Source: the human T2T-CHM13v2.0 reference genome, Homo sapiens | Strand: one strand, 5' to 3' | Length of the DNA: 64,000 nucleotides | Assembly (NCBI RefSeq): GCF_009914755.1 | Contig: NC_060937.1 | Part shown: piece after piece, positions 38,587-53,448 of the stretch | Layout of the letters: each line of letters opens with the position of its first letter | Position numbering within the stretch: position 1 is the first letter of the stretch | Notes under the pieces: generated by a model | The model's database searches: none | Told to the model about the DNA's origin: nothing | The model's input: only the letters and a program-made list of their open reading frames with translations | Translations under genes and position numbers: made by a program

Positions 38587-38766
38587 CTATTTTCCCTTTT
38601 TTATTTCTCTCCCATGCTTCCTTGCTTTGCATTGTGATTGCATGCCATCTGCTGGTTTAACCCATGATGGCTTGCTGCTCTGATATTCACCATGCCAAAA
38701 TACCACTTCTATTACCATAATGCTACACCCTCCTGTTCATTGCTCCCATGGTTCCCCTCCTGAAAG
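38587..38766 (+). promoter_or_regulatory. AG-exclusion zone with YGCY cluster before the 95-nt exon
   Basis: No AG from 38587 to 38764; 9 YGCY motifs; TGCATG at 38639-38644. Confidence 0.7.
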
Positions 38767-38861
38767 TACCCATGATGCACAGCGCTACGTCCGCCACTGT
38801 CTCTGCAGCAACAACTCCTGCAACAAGTGTCCCCTTCGCAGCAACAGCCACAGCCAATCAG
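38767..38861 (+). CDS. MBNL2: MBNL2 alternative 95-nt exon (switches the frame of the terminal exon)
   Basis: cccctcctgaaag|TA...CAG|gtttgc, phase 1/0; encodes (V)[31 protein letters not shown]. Confidence 0.94.
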
Positions 38862-40434
38862 GTTTGCTCCTTTTAAAGCTTTCTTTCACAAATCCCAAAC
38901 TCTAAATGAGTGCTGATATTTAAAAAAAAAATTCTCGGTGAGAATTTTTTTTTCATGTTTATCCATCAAATTTTATTTTTTTAATTAGTTTATAGCAAGC
39001 ATTTACAGACAGGTTGCACTTATTTAGAGTTAACATTTACTGCAAATAATGATGTAGCTATGTTTTGTGTTGCACTGTTTGTTTTCGTACCTAATATTGT
39101 GTAATTAACCTGACAGGCTTAAATTCCTTTTAGTACAGCATTACCTATCCAGTGGTTTGTGAATGGCCACATAAAAATTGTAGACGCGCACCCATGGGTG
39201 CTTCAAAACTGGCTATATTTTAATTCGGTTCATTCAGACCCTATCATCTGTGTGGAGGAAAAAAATCTCCTCTTAGAAAGAGTCATATTTGAGGCCTAAG
39301 TGTCATATTTGAGGTCTGAATAATTCTTATGATCATTTGACCTCAGTCTTAGGTTCTGCCAAACTCACTTGGTTCCCACCTTACAATCTGCTCCAATACT
39401 GGCCTAAGAGCCAAACCATCCGGAATGAAGAGTCATGGGTGCCGCTGAACTCACAAAGGCTGGATATAACTGATGAGGAGCATTTAACTCTGTTGGTTTA
39501 ATGCATGTGCCAGTGAGACCATGGATGTACTATTTCGTAGTGACAGCCAGCTGCTATTTCCTACTCTGTGGTCACAAGCTGATTGTATCCGTGACCCTAG
39601 CCTCCCAACTTGCAAACATGTGCTCCTAGCCACAAGGAGACAGCGTGAGGGTGAGTGAGCAGAAACTCTCACCTCGCCTGGAAGAATACTTCATTGCGCA
39701 TGCCCTCCCTTCACAGAAGAACAATTTTGGTTTGGTTTTTAGTTTCATGGGTTTTTAAAAATAAAATCAGCTCTGCTAATAAAAGATGACAAGGGATAAA
39801 AGAAATTAGGGGAAATCGTGTTGGGGGATCACGGCAGTCCCAACCCGCATTCTGCAGGCTGGGAGGGCTGAGTCATGCTGCTTTCCACATTCAAGTGAAT
39901 CCACGATTCCAGCTCTGCAGATTTCATCCCTACAAAGAGAGGCGTGAGTGGACAGGAATGCAGGAATAAAAGTTAAACCCCGTGACAGTGCTGACTGTGG
40001 CCTCAGCATTGTGACAGAGCAGGAGAGAGCAGAGAGTGGGGGAGGGAGGGGAGGCCGAACAGCAGTGCAGAGGCAGGTGTCAATCAACTGAGGACGATTC
40101 TTCAGCAATTCACTCCCACCTCTAAAATGCCAACCGGTCCTCTAAGGAAAACCAACCCAGCTTCGAAACAAACAGAACAAAGAACAGGCAAGGATTAGTT
40201 CCTTAGCTGGGAAGATGATGATGATGATTATTATTTAATGTGGGATGGGAGAAGGGAGTGAGACTGTTTGCATCTTTCCATTATTAGGTCCAAAGCTCTT
40301 CTCAATCACTCATTCTTAATAGGGAAGCTGGATACCTGTTTCTTTCAAGTCTGAAGTCCTGCCTCCTTGAACTATGTTTATGTGATTTTTGACCCAATTT
40401 TTATTACAAAGTCCTTTTATAAGAAAACAAGTTT

Positions 40435-40746
40435 GGACTGAGTGCAGTGCCTCATGCTTGTAATCCCAGCATTTTGGGAAGCCGAGGGAGGAGCATCACT
40501 TGAGCCCAGGAGTTGGAGACCAGCCTGAGCAACATGGTAAAATCTGGTCTCTACAAAAATATGAAAAAAATTAGCCAGGCACGGGGTGCCATACACTGTA
40601 GTCCCAGCTACTTGGGAGGCTGAGGTGGGAGGATCGCCTGAGCCTGGGGAGGTCGAGGCTGCAGTGAGCCATGATCATGCCACTGCACTCTAGCCTGGGT
40701 GACAGAGTGACACCCTGTCTTAAAATAAAATAAAATAAAATAAAAT
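40435..40746 (+). mobile_element. Alu, AluJ-like, with (TAAAA)n tail
   Basis: cacttgagcccaggag...ggaggatcgcctgagcctgggga; flanking repeat acaagtttg at 40427-40435 and 40747-40755. Confidence 0.92.
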
Positions 40747-41004
40747 ACAAGTTTGAAGTATAATATAGCAGTATTTGTTACAGTGAAATTCTATATGATA
40801 AGTTTAGCCTTTTGGGCACTTAGAGATCTTTTTTAAGAAAGGAAAAGAAGCCAAGATAAAGAAATAGTTTGGAGTTGTAGGATAAATTATTTTAGCATAA
40901 TAAATATTTGACCATGTGTCATATATATTGTTCAAGCCTAGTGATTCTTTGGCTCCATTTAGTAGAAAAAAAACTTTGAGAGAGAGATTCCATAGGTATA
41001 TTCA

Positions 41005-41008
<4 letters not shown>

Positions 41009-41035
<27 letters not shown>

Positions 41036-41059
41036 TCGTGTCTGTGTATGTGTGTGTGT
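41009..41059. repeat. (TG)n microsatellite
   Basis: Read directly. Confidence 0.9.
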
Positions 41060-42269
41060 AGGGAGGCAGAGGTTGGAAGCATGGAATATTCAGAAGCTAA
41101 AATATATCACTTTCAGGAAGGGTGCGAGTGGAAAAGGAAATAAGTTGAGGTTTCAACTTCTTTAATTGCAAGCATAGCTGAACTCTGATTTCAATTTAAT
41201 CCAAAGAAATGTAATTAAAGGAGTACCTGACAGTAGCTTCAAGAATCCTATATTCAGTGTTTTGCAGTTTATCAGATGTAATAGTTGCTGCTGGATTGCA
41301 CTTAAATGATGAAGAAGAGAAATCCTTTAGCAGCTCTTGATGCAGGTCTGCTTGCAGATAAAAACCATGGAAAAATAAATAATAGTGAACACAAATTTCC
41401 AGATATGATATTCTTTATGTATTTTCAATAAGTTTCAAAGAGCAAAGCATCAGCAAAAGACCTTGGCAATTATTTTAGCATCCAGTCATAGGAAACCCAG
41501 GGCTTGGTAATGACTGAAATAACAAGTTATCATCTTGTTAAGATTTCACTCTTTAAACTCAAATAGAATCATACCCACGTGGATTATGTAAGTCATTTAA
41601 ACATAATGAATCTCAGTTTCCTCATTTGTGAAAGGAGGAGTAGAACTAGATGCCCCTGGAGTCCCTCTCAGCTCTGAGATTCAGTGAACCAAAGGTTCAG
41701 TGACTATTATTTTAGGCCCAAAGCATGAGATTACAAAGATAAACACAAACAGAATGAAAGTGAAACTAATGATTCCAGAGTTCGATGACCGATAAGCACC
41801 CTGCCTTCTTTTCTGTCTTTAACACAAAATATAGTGGGATTTTGACAGATTTTTTGTTAATTTGATCAATTCAGACTGTCAGTTCAAATATTTAAAATCT
41901 CACAGGCATTTGTAATTAGATACAAGTCATTGATTGAAGAAAGAGGATAGATGAAAACATCCCATGACAGCTTCTTAGGTCTAGTGCTATTTACACATTA
42001 CCCCACGGGGAGCCAAGCTGAACAAGCCACTCTATCCTCAGGCTGAATCAAGGTGCCACCAATAAAAGTTTTCACTGAATTTAGACTGGTGGTTTGAGAT
42101 TAAATAAAGACAGAATCCAAATATGTTTGGGAAATATAAAATGTTTTTTGATTATTTAGCTTTGGGAGCAGATAAGGAAACAAAAATACAACAAACAGAT
42201 TTACTAAGCACTATTTTCTGTTTCAGTTAAGGTATTTGGGCCTTAATAGACAAATTATACCTAATAGTA

Positions 42270-42590
42270 ATAATATTATTATTATAAACCTCTTATTATG
42301 TGCCAGGTATGATTCTAAATGGTCTCTCTCATGTAATATATTACATATCATCATATATTCTATTATATACTATGTAAGACAGGATAGTTACGTATAGATG
42401 TAGACACTCAATTCTTAACAATAGTTTTATGACATGGGTACAATGATCATCATCCCATTTGATAGATGGTAAAACTGAAACAAAAGTTAGCTACCTCAGC
42501 CAAAGTCAGACAGCTTCTAAATGGTCTTGCTGGAGTTGAAACTTGGCTCCAGAAGACTTGCTTTAACCATGATGGTATACTGCCTTAGCA
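42270..42590 (-). mobile_element. MIR relic
   Basis: ttattatgtgccaggtatgattctaaatg...catcccatttgatagatggtaaaactgaa...ccaaagtcagacagcttctaaatgg. Confidence 0.6.
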
Positions 42591-42595
42591 GCTCA

Positions 42596-43029
<434 letters not shown>

Positions 43030-44613
43030 TCAGTGTAATAAAATAACCAGTGAAAATTATCAATAATTTTTATAGAAGTAAGATAACCTAAGAAAAAGTT
43101 AGTCCTTTGTCTTAGGGAAACAGGTTCATGGGTTTCTTTTGTCATAGACTTTGTTCCTAACCTCTACTAATCATCTCACAAATAGCTTGTTAACAAAAAA
43201 AATTGGTTGGGGGGGAAATGATAGGTAGCATGTAAATTAGTCAATCTGAGTCCATTGACCAAGGACCAGAATATGTAAATCTGTCAAAGATGCCTATATT
43301 GAAACAAATTTAATCTTAGAGTGTACATTAGAAGAGGTAAAGCTTAGTAATGGATTACCTGCTTTTTCATATGAAAATAAATTTTAATAAAATGAGAGTG
43401 CAGAGTAAAATTCCTGAACTTGAATTATTATAATATTCTAAGTTGTAATTTGTTTAGTATTTTTTATTTCAAAGTTACATTCTATTTCAAAGGGAGAGAA
43501 AATAATTTTCAAATAAATATACTTTAAGTTTCTTCATTTATAAACAGATCATTTAATTTACTTAATCACATTCTTAAAGGCACAATTAAAATACAATTTA
43601 TACTCCGAATCTTTCCCTGAACATCTCTCTCCTCCTCCCCCAGCAAGAAGTACTTTCCCTGTCCTCTGAATTCTACAAGGACTTTGCACATTCCTTAAGG
43701 CACCATCATTAAATAGAAAGAAAGACAAATGCAAGTCTACAAAGAAAGCTGGGGAAGTATCAAGTTCAGCTGGAGAATAACTCCCATTCAGATTGATCAG
43801 AGCATCCGTTTGTGGGAGCGGCTGCAGCGTAGGTTTGATTCTGATTGATTGTGTGGTACCTTGATGCCAAGTTAAAGGGTTCGGCCCTGACTTGGCCACT
43901 GAAGGATTTTCAAGCAGAATAGTGATGGAAACAGTACTCTAGGAAGAGTGAGCAGATGGATTCGAGGCGGGAGAGTCTGTAGAGGCCATTAAGAGGTTTT
44001 AACAAGAGCCTAAACTGGGACAATGGCAGCTGGCAAGTGGCCTACTTTGTCTTGCCTTTGCCCATTACAAAGGGAGGTTACTTTTAGCAAAAGAGAAACA
44101 TAAAAATGATTTTGTACTATGGCAAAACCTGTCTAAATAAATGTCACATGGTAGAAAGAGAGATTGAGGCTGATGTGAAACTCAGTCCCTGCCAGCACAG
44201 CAGTTGTGTGGCCTCGCTGTTTGGACACATGCAATGTGCTCACCTTTCACATGGGCCTTCCCATTTCCTACCTAAATGAGACTCAGAGCCACAAAAGCTC
44301 ACCCTACCTCCAACCACAGGCTTCTGCTTAAAGGAAAGAGTCCCCTCAGGTGTAGAGTCAATGCATATTGTCCATGTCTCCAAATCAGAGCTCTATGGAC
44401 AGTGAACAGATTATCCATCTAATTCATTCTGGCCCGTGAGTCCCTGCTAGGGAAAGAGATTCTTACATATTAATATTGGGAATCTTTTTACGGAGCATCA
44501 CAAGAAGTGCCTTAGAAGCTAACGAAATCAGATTATATTCTGGGCAATATGTTAACCAACACTTAATCACATCTCCAAAAATGATCATTCATGTTTAATA
44601 TTATGACCTCAAA

Positions 44614-44852
44614 GTCTTACCACATCTTCTGAACTCTCCTCCAAAGATTAAGTACATTCAACAGAGAGTTGGCCTTAGGAAGAATTTATTGGAAATTAGT
44701 TGATAATATGTCATAAAGGTCTTACCACATCTTCTGAACTCTCCTCCAAAGATTAAGTACATTAAACTTAATGTACTTAATTGGCCTTAGGAAGGCCTTA
44801 CAAAGTTGGCCTTAGGAAGAATTTATTGGAAATTAGTTGATAATATGTCATA
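44614..44852. repeat. Complex tandem duplication with an inverted templated insert
   Basis: Block A (45 nt) at 44614-44658 and 44719-44763; block B (48 nt) at 44668-44715 and 44805-44852; copies identical. Confidence 0.93.
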
Positions 44853-46284
44853 TACATACAGCCCTCTATTTATATTTGATAAATTAGAAAATCTCATTTT
44901 CTAGACTTACCTGACATAGTTTTATTATATATGATCATCAATTTCAATGATATCTTATCAGAAAGATAACATGTAACCAGACATATATTATGTTTTATCT
45001 GGCCAGCTATAAAGTATTGAAGAGGGAAGAGAAAAGCTTGTTTCTCACCTATAAACATGAACATAACTTTAAAGTTATTTGTATATGGGTTCTTGGATAT
45101 ATAAATTAACCTATACTAACCAAGAAGTCTAGAAAGGTAAGATCGTGTTTTATTTCATCTCTCATCTCAGAGTTTTATAAAACATCTATTATTCAATGCC
45201 ATCTGTCTGGACTATATTCAGACAAATGTAGGAGGCATTAAACATTCCCCACTATTCACCACTTGACCCATTTTGGGGCCTGCATTTTGTTTCACAAGAA
45301 AAATCTTGGTTCAGCAAGGCCCCAGTGTGGGAGGAGTAGGATCCTGTCCTCTCTCTCTCCTGAAATACATGGTAAAGTGGCCAGCCTCTATGGATGGCTG
45401 ATCAAACTGTGAAATACTCCTTTCTCGCAGTTTGCTTGTGCCTGGGAACAGATTACAGAAAGCAGCTGGGCCCCACGTATGTTGTTCTCCAAAAAAGCAG
45501 AGACAGCAACTGTCAGAATCCAGCCCTTGTAAACAGTAATCAGGGCCGAGACATCTCTCTCTGCCTTATGCTGCCTAAGTCGTTTAGCCACCTCTAACTT
45601 TTTGCTTACATTCTAACTGTAGAGGGGGGATTCAGGTTGGAGAATGGATGTGGTTACTTCAGATGAGGGAGAATTGCCATATCAAACATTTTGTAGAGAA
45701 GGCAGGAGAGAGAGAGAGAGTAGAGAGAGAGAGTGGAAGGATTGAGATTGAAACCTGCACAATTTCTTTGTGTAAAAAAAAAAAAACTATAAAAATTGCA
45801 GCATTTGCATTCAGTTAACACTATTCGTTAAAGCTCCTTGGCAGTTTGAGGCTGAATTCCACTGTATGCATGGCTAAGGATAGCACAATCCAGACTTACT
45901 TAGTATGCTAAAAATATATATATATATATATATTAAGGGTAGGAGGAGGTTGGGGGATACTCTGTCTATCTTAGGTGGTCTTGGATCTATGAGAACAATA
46001 TAGATGCACATTAATTTTTCTCTTCAAGAAATTAGAAAATAAGTAGACAATAGACTTTTTATTTTCCTGCCTCAGCAGCAGCTGCTTTGCAGGCCTACCC
46101 TGAAGTTTAATTAATAAATGCATCTGCAGATTCTCTAAGAAAAGGCTCAGTTATGTAAGTGTTGTAATCTAGTACATTTTCATTTTTCATGAATAATTTA
46201 CACCTCTTGGTGAGAAACTTGGGTAGAATTCTTTTGTATATAGCACATAAAGACATCATATCAGCTCCAATTCTGTGCAGCTGA

Positions 46285-46998
<714 letters not shown>

Positions 46999-49900
46999 TC
47001 CTTTGCAGTTTGATGGGACTGGAGGGGGTCTTTTATAGGCTGAAAAGTCATATTCCCAGTCGTATTTTGGCTTTTGTTGATGGTAGTAAAATCATGTTCC
47101 ATTTCTCCAATTTTAGGTTTTCTCATTGGAGCAAAATGAATATATAGTTCATCCTATATGGGTGTTTATTTCCAGCTCTAGATTTGTAAGGAAAGAGAGA
47201 CTAGCTACAGTGAAGGAATTCAGGTCCATTTTCAAGGGATGAACAACGGGCAGGGTTTTCTTCTCTATAAGAGTTGCTGTGAGCGGAATGGAATTCCTAC
47301 TCATGGGCACTTATCTACCCAAGCTCTGCCCCCGATGCCTACCTTCTCACACGTCTGCCTGCGCATTTGGGGAAGTTGACAGCTTTTCTGTGCAGGTGGA
47401 TGTGGAGGACGGACAAACCCAAGACTGAGGCTCCACTTACCAAACACATAAGATGCTGCCACACGTCAAAGACACACTGGCATTTGCTCTGGTCTCTCAG
47501 CCCCTTCTGGCATTCCTCTGGGGTGACATTGCTGGAGGCAGTGACTCCCAAGGTCAGACTGGACTGGGTCTGCTGACCACTCTAGAGGCCACCAGGTTGG
47601 GGAAATGCTAACGATACTTAAGAGCTCACTGCCTAGTCAAAGAGATCTGAAACAAGCAGAGAATGTCATAAAACACCAAGTCCAGCTGGCAAACGTTGCT
47701 GCTGGGAAAGTAAGCGCCATGGCATGGCCTCATCCCTGAAGTGTCATAGGTCTGAGGGGTGTGTAGGAATGAGACAGAGAAGGGACAGGTGAGGTTATTC
47801 CTGACACCATGACCAGCTGGAAATTGAAGAGGTGGAGATGAGGTAGGGCAAAGAGAAAAGGGAACCCATGCTTACCCATGCACCAGCCATCTGCTTTCCA
47901 CACGCCATTATGTTAAACCCACCGGGACTCTGTTTCCCTGTTTTACATGTGAAGACGTCACATGTTTGGTCACAGCTCCAGTAGGTAGCAGAGCCTGCCT
48001 TTGGCCTCACATCTGTCTGACTTTGAAGTCAATGCTTTTCCCCTTGTTTAACATTCTTCCTCGATAGCATGTGTGGTTTAGAAAGGAACTTCAGAATCCA
48101 TCTCAGACTTTATATCTCATGATAGAAGAAGAGAGAACAGCTGTGATTGTGTCAGATCTAAAGAAGAGGGGACACTGTGGCTTATGTGAGCCAGCGAGTG
48201 GGGTGAGTGGGAGACACCAGGGAGCGTGAAGAGGAGGATATGGTGGGGCAGTCCTAGAAATTGCAGCTGAGTGGATCAGAAGGTCGGGTTATGGAGGGCC
48301 TTAAAGTGCAGGATGAGAACAGGACAGGACAGGTTCCATGAGAGGCTTGGAAACTCAAACCAACTGAAAGTGAATGGGTAGAGGTGTGCAGGGACAGCCA
48401 GCCCAAGTCAAGCTAACTGGTGAGAAAGCTGCTTCATCGACAAAGTGATGAAACTGGGATAGAGAGAAAAGAGAACATTTGAGGGGAAAAGGGTGAATCA
48501 TTCTGAAGCAGGGAAATTCAGAGAGGCTCCATGATCCCTGGCTTGCCTTTGCTCACCCAGAGGCTGTTCTCTGACTTCTGTGGTGTCTGTGGATTTCACT
48601 GCCTTTCTCCTCTCTGTCACATAACGCTCCTATGAGACCTCTCTCCCATTGACCATAAAAAGGATGGTTCTCATCTATACCCCTTCATTTTGATTTGTAC
48701 TATAAAGGACAAATTTGTTGACTGGCATTTTCTAACACCAGTTTATGACAAACTATAGCTAATCTAGCAGTTAGAATTCATCATGCTTTAGCATCAAGAA
48801 CAAAATGTAAGAGCTTTTGGTCTCTTTGTTTTACTTTCGATAATCAAATTATATTATTCCTATCATTGCTCCCCTTGCTCTGGAGTATTCAAAGATCTCA
48901 GAGCACATGTCAATGAACTTCCTATAATCTTTACTGCTTGCTGCAATGCATTTCTGGAAGCAGCATCTTTAAGGCGATCATTGTAGAATGTTGCCCATTT
49001 TCCCCTGATCACAGGCACATCAGGCATTGTAGGTCTGACTTGAGACCAGCATCAATTACATCATAGATATGAAAGGCAGTAAGTCTTAAGAGCAGATTTT
49101 CCACCATCATACCATACCTCTACAAAACATAAAAAAGAAAAATTATGATGCAAATTACATTATAAATTGGAATAGGAGCCCAGATGGGCAAAGTGGCTTA
49201 CCCAATTCACACACATAGCAAGAGAGCCAGGCCCAGGACCTGATCACCCATGTCCTGCCTAGAACAATATTATTTCCCTTCCCAACACTGCCTTCCTGAG
49301 AAAGTGCTTTAACGGATCGTGTAAGGGGCCTTGAACTGCTCCAGGGCATACAGACAGCGACAACATAACTCAGCTACCCTCACAAAGAACCCACCACGTG
49401 CCAGACACTGGGTTAAGCCTTTTGTATGAATTATGTCATTGAAACCCAACACGTCCTGTAAGGGACCATTATGATCCCCTCTCTAGCGATGAGGAAACTC
49501 CAGTTTAGAGAAGCTGAAGAAATTGCTCAAGATCATACTATAACATTAAGTGGCAAAGCCAGACTTAGAACTTTCCAGAAGCTCCTAATATTTCATATTT
49601 CCAATGAGGAAAAGGACCTAGAGTGGTTAACTGACCTTAGTCAAGTTTACATAAGGGATTAGGATAAAACTCAGTCTCCTAATATGCTTAGTCCTCTTTC
49701 CCCTCCATCAAGCCGCAATTCAGCTTGAATATGCAGGTTCTACATTTATTTGAACTTTGTTCAATAAAATAAATTTGCTTCCTCCCTACAATTTAGAACA
49801 GTTTTTGAGGAATCAAAAAGATACTTGAAGAAGTCAAACCTAATTCCCTCCTTTTCTCCAAGTATTTTTTCCTAGTAATAATTTCATAACAGTTCCATTC

Positions 49901-52059
49901 ATCATTCTTTCAATATTTGTCATTGTTATACTGAAATATGCAAAAGGTCCAGAGAACCGCTTTAGCTTAGAGGATTTAGGACAGAAGGAATTGTTTAAAT
50001 CGATTCCTATTGTTCATATTCTTTTCTTTGCTTTTCTCTGAACCTCGTAACGTGAAGAATGGCTTTGCACAAGGAAAAAAGTTAAAATAGGGAAAGCGAA
50101 GAAGTGTGTAAAGAATGAGAAGAAAAATTCCATTGTATTCCTTTGCCTTGGACAAAGGTATTTAAGAGTTGTTGGGTTGGAGTTTTTGATCAGTTGGTTG
50201 AATGGTTTAACGTGAACTAGAAAGCGCCCTCCATCTTTCCGCTGCTTATGTGGAACTTATGTGGGGAGAGGTGAAGGCTTGGAGCTTGAAAGACAGATGT
50301 TTATTAGATGAGACTGGATGCACAGAGGTGTCCGTAGAGAGTCATTTACTCTCAGCACACTGATCTAAGAATTATTAATAAACACTGTGCCTTTTCAACA
50401 TATTCACATTTTGTGGCTTAGACCAGGAAATGAAAATAATTGAAATATTACTATATAATATTACTTAATTGAAACATTACTTGAAAATAATTGAAATGTT
50501 ATTATGTAATAACACTGGCATTTATCATATGCTTACTATCCCCAAGCACTTGTTAAATACATTATCTGATCCTCACACCAACCCTGTAAGTTAGAAACAA
50601 TTTTTAATTCCCACTCCAGAGATGAGTAATACTAAGAATAAAATATGTTTACTAACTTATGTATGGTAACATATCTGTTAAGCCTAGAAGCCGGGTTTGA
50701 ACCAAGTTTAACTTTAAAGAGTGGGAAATCCTGCCCTTCATGGGATGTCAACTTCCTACTGCAGTGGACACTGATTATCATGAGCTGGTGGCTGTTGATG
50801 CTTTCATAATAAAATATTTTAGTTTGAAAAATGATTAACATGAATTGACAGTCAATACTTTCAGGAAAAATCAGAGAAATTCGGTTTATACTTTATCATC
50901 AGTGACAGTTCAGGAGATACACATACAGAAAAGGAATTAAGTGCTCATATTTAAGAATCTTAATCTCTTCAAAACCAAGTTTATTTCCAACATACGGGGT
51001 GCCATACAGATCGTATAATATTTAAGTTAACCATAGTATTATTTGAATGTCTATTTAAATAGAAACTGAAAAAAAATTATTTAGGATTATGAATCCTAAA
51101 ATAATAGCCTAAGGAAAGAGAAGCAACATTTATCAAAAACCACTATTACATATCAGATGTGTATATACATTATTTCTCTTACTACTCAACATAACTCTGT
51201 GAAGTTTCTTATCTATTTTATATAAGTGAGCACATCTTAGAGAATAATTTGCTTAAGATTCAAGCAGGTAGGAAGCAACTGGATCTGTGTAGACCTCAGG
51301 CTTGCATGCCTGCAAATCCTGTTCTTTTGTGAACCCACCTTGTTTGAATTAGATTGGAATCTATGGTCAGTGTAGGCTTGGGATGAACCTCTTCATATGA
51401 CTCCCCTTAAAAACTCCGAACTACTGAGTTTATTGCTTTGAAAAGTTTTGACTAGTTGAGAAGAAAGTTTAGTAGAAGCGAAAACTTTTTAAAGTCCAAG
51501 CTCAATATCAGAAATGGTGTGAAAATATTGTTGCTTGGTGAGAATAGCAAGAGAATCCAAATTTCAGTCCAGTGAACCAGAGCTAGAAAGCACTGAGAAA
51601 AGGCACCATTCACTCTTCCCAGGGTGGGAAAACTGGCACACAACTTCTGCCTGAAAAGAGTCTATCAAAAAGAGTCCTCTCAATCGAGACTCACTTTTTA
51701 ATTTTTAACAATAATAATTTAAAAATAAAGATACTATTTTTCTTCACCATCCCCACAGAACCTCACTTTCAAATTGATCTCAGGTAAACGTAACAACACT
51801 AGTTGAGGATGAATATTTTAGGCAGCCTGCAGGAGCGACTGTAAAGGGAACAACTAGAAGTTTAATTCAGTTGTAAGTGAAACCACAGAGCTAAATGAGG
51901 AAGCAAACGGGGATCTTAATGATGATTCAGATGTACAAGCAGAAAGAGCCAGGGGTCTCACTGCGAAGCCCCAAATGGGAAGGAGAACAGAAAGGGTGGG
52001 AGGGTGGGAAAGAAGGAATGGAAGGAGAAAGGGATTCAGGATTGGCAGGAAAGGGGGAT

Positions 52060-52236
52060 GTGGAGTTATTCTCTAACGGGGGCAGGTTTCATTTGGAATG
52101 AGGAGACATTCTGGAGATGGAGGGTGGTGATGGTGGCACAACCAGGTGAATGGAGTTAATGCCACTGAACTGTACGCTTCAAAATGGTGAAAATTGTGAG
52201 TTTTATGCTATGTCTATTTTGCCACAATTTTAAAAA
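52060..52236 (+). mobile_element. Old L1 (L1MB-like) 3' end fragment
   Basis: ttctggagatgga..ggtggtgatggtggcacaac...aatgccactgaactgtacgcttcaaaatggt...tattttgccacaattttaaaaa. Confidence 0.7.
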
Positions 52237-52506
52237 ATAGACAAAAGATCTGAGTGGTCATTTCTCCAAAGAAAGGATTAAGGAGTGACAAGGACAATGT
52301 CTGATTGGACCTAGGTTTTCATTTAATAAAATCTTATAGTATAAAATGGTTCTTCTTGCATTAAAAATTCTTTATGGCTGCCACATTTCCCTTTAAGAAT
52401 TCTGTTTTCATAAGGTAAGGAACTGAGTGCAAAGACGTATTCTTTCTAAATGAAACCATGTCTGTGGCAACATATCTTTATATCTTCTCTCAACAAATGT
52501 ACGCTA

Positions 52507-52822
<316 letters not shown>

Positions 52823-53366
52823 CCACACCCACCTTGAGCCATGTACAGTTCAGAATTGTGGGAATACAGCAATGAAAACAGTAGTTCCTGCTCTCATGGG
52901 TCTTACATGGTGAGGGGGACAGGCGATACACAAATGTACAAATAATTACAGTCAGAGTCCTTATCATATGAGAAGGGTCATCTCAGAAAGTAAATGGTGA
53001 TGCTGAAAGAATGGGCCTCACCACCGAGCTTTAATGGGGGATGGTTAGTAATAAAGAAATACAAGATAATGTGGGAGCTCTCCTCCTCCTCTAAACATTT
53101 TCCTCCTTTGGTTTCCATTTTGCCGACGATTGGCTATTTTGGCACTTCCTGAGGGCTTACTGGGGAGGGCAGATGGTGACCTGGCTTAACTACTTACCGC
53201 ACTGCAGAGGTGCCAGCGTGATACAAGCCAAGTGAGGAACTAAGGCTCGAAAGGGCACAAATCTGACTGGTGGCACAGACAAGCCTCCTGAAATTCCCCT
53301 CCAGTACTCTTTTTGATTTTTCCTTTGCACCTAGATTTTACACACAATTGAGTGGTTTTTGTTAAC

Positions 53367-53448
53367 CTCTCTCTCTATCTCTCCCTCTCTGTCCCTCTCT
53401 TTCTCTCTCCCTCTCTCTGACACACACACACACACACACACCACACAC
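53367..53448. repeat. (CT)n(CA)n compound microsatellite
   Basis: Read directly. Confidence 0.88.

Noticed and set aside
44614-44852. Repeat-spacer-like layout suggesting CRISPR
   Set aside because: Only two copies, no array of unique spacers, eukaryotic intron; explained as a local duplication.
47367-47576. Possible extra exon (ttttctgtgcag|...ccaag|gtcaga)
   Set aside because: Short pyrimidine tract, weak donor and no muscleblind similarity.
50431-50511. Small degenerate tandem duplications (also 3905-3934, 20021-20145, 31820-31865)
   Set aside because: Short slippage-type duplications common in AT-rich introns; no further structure.
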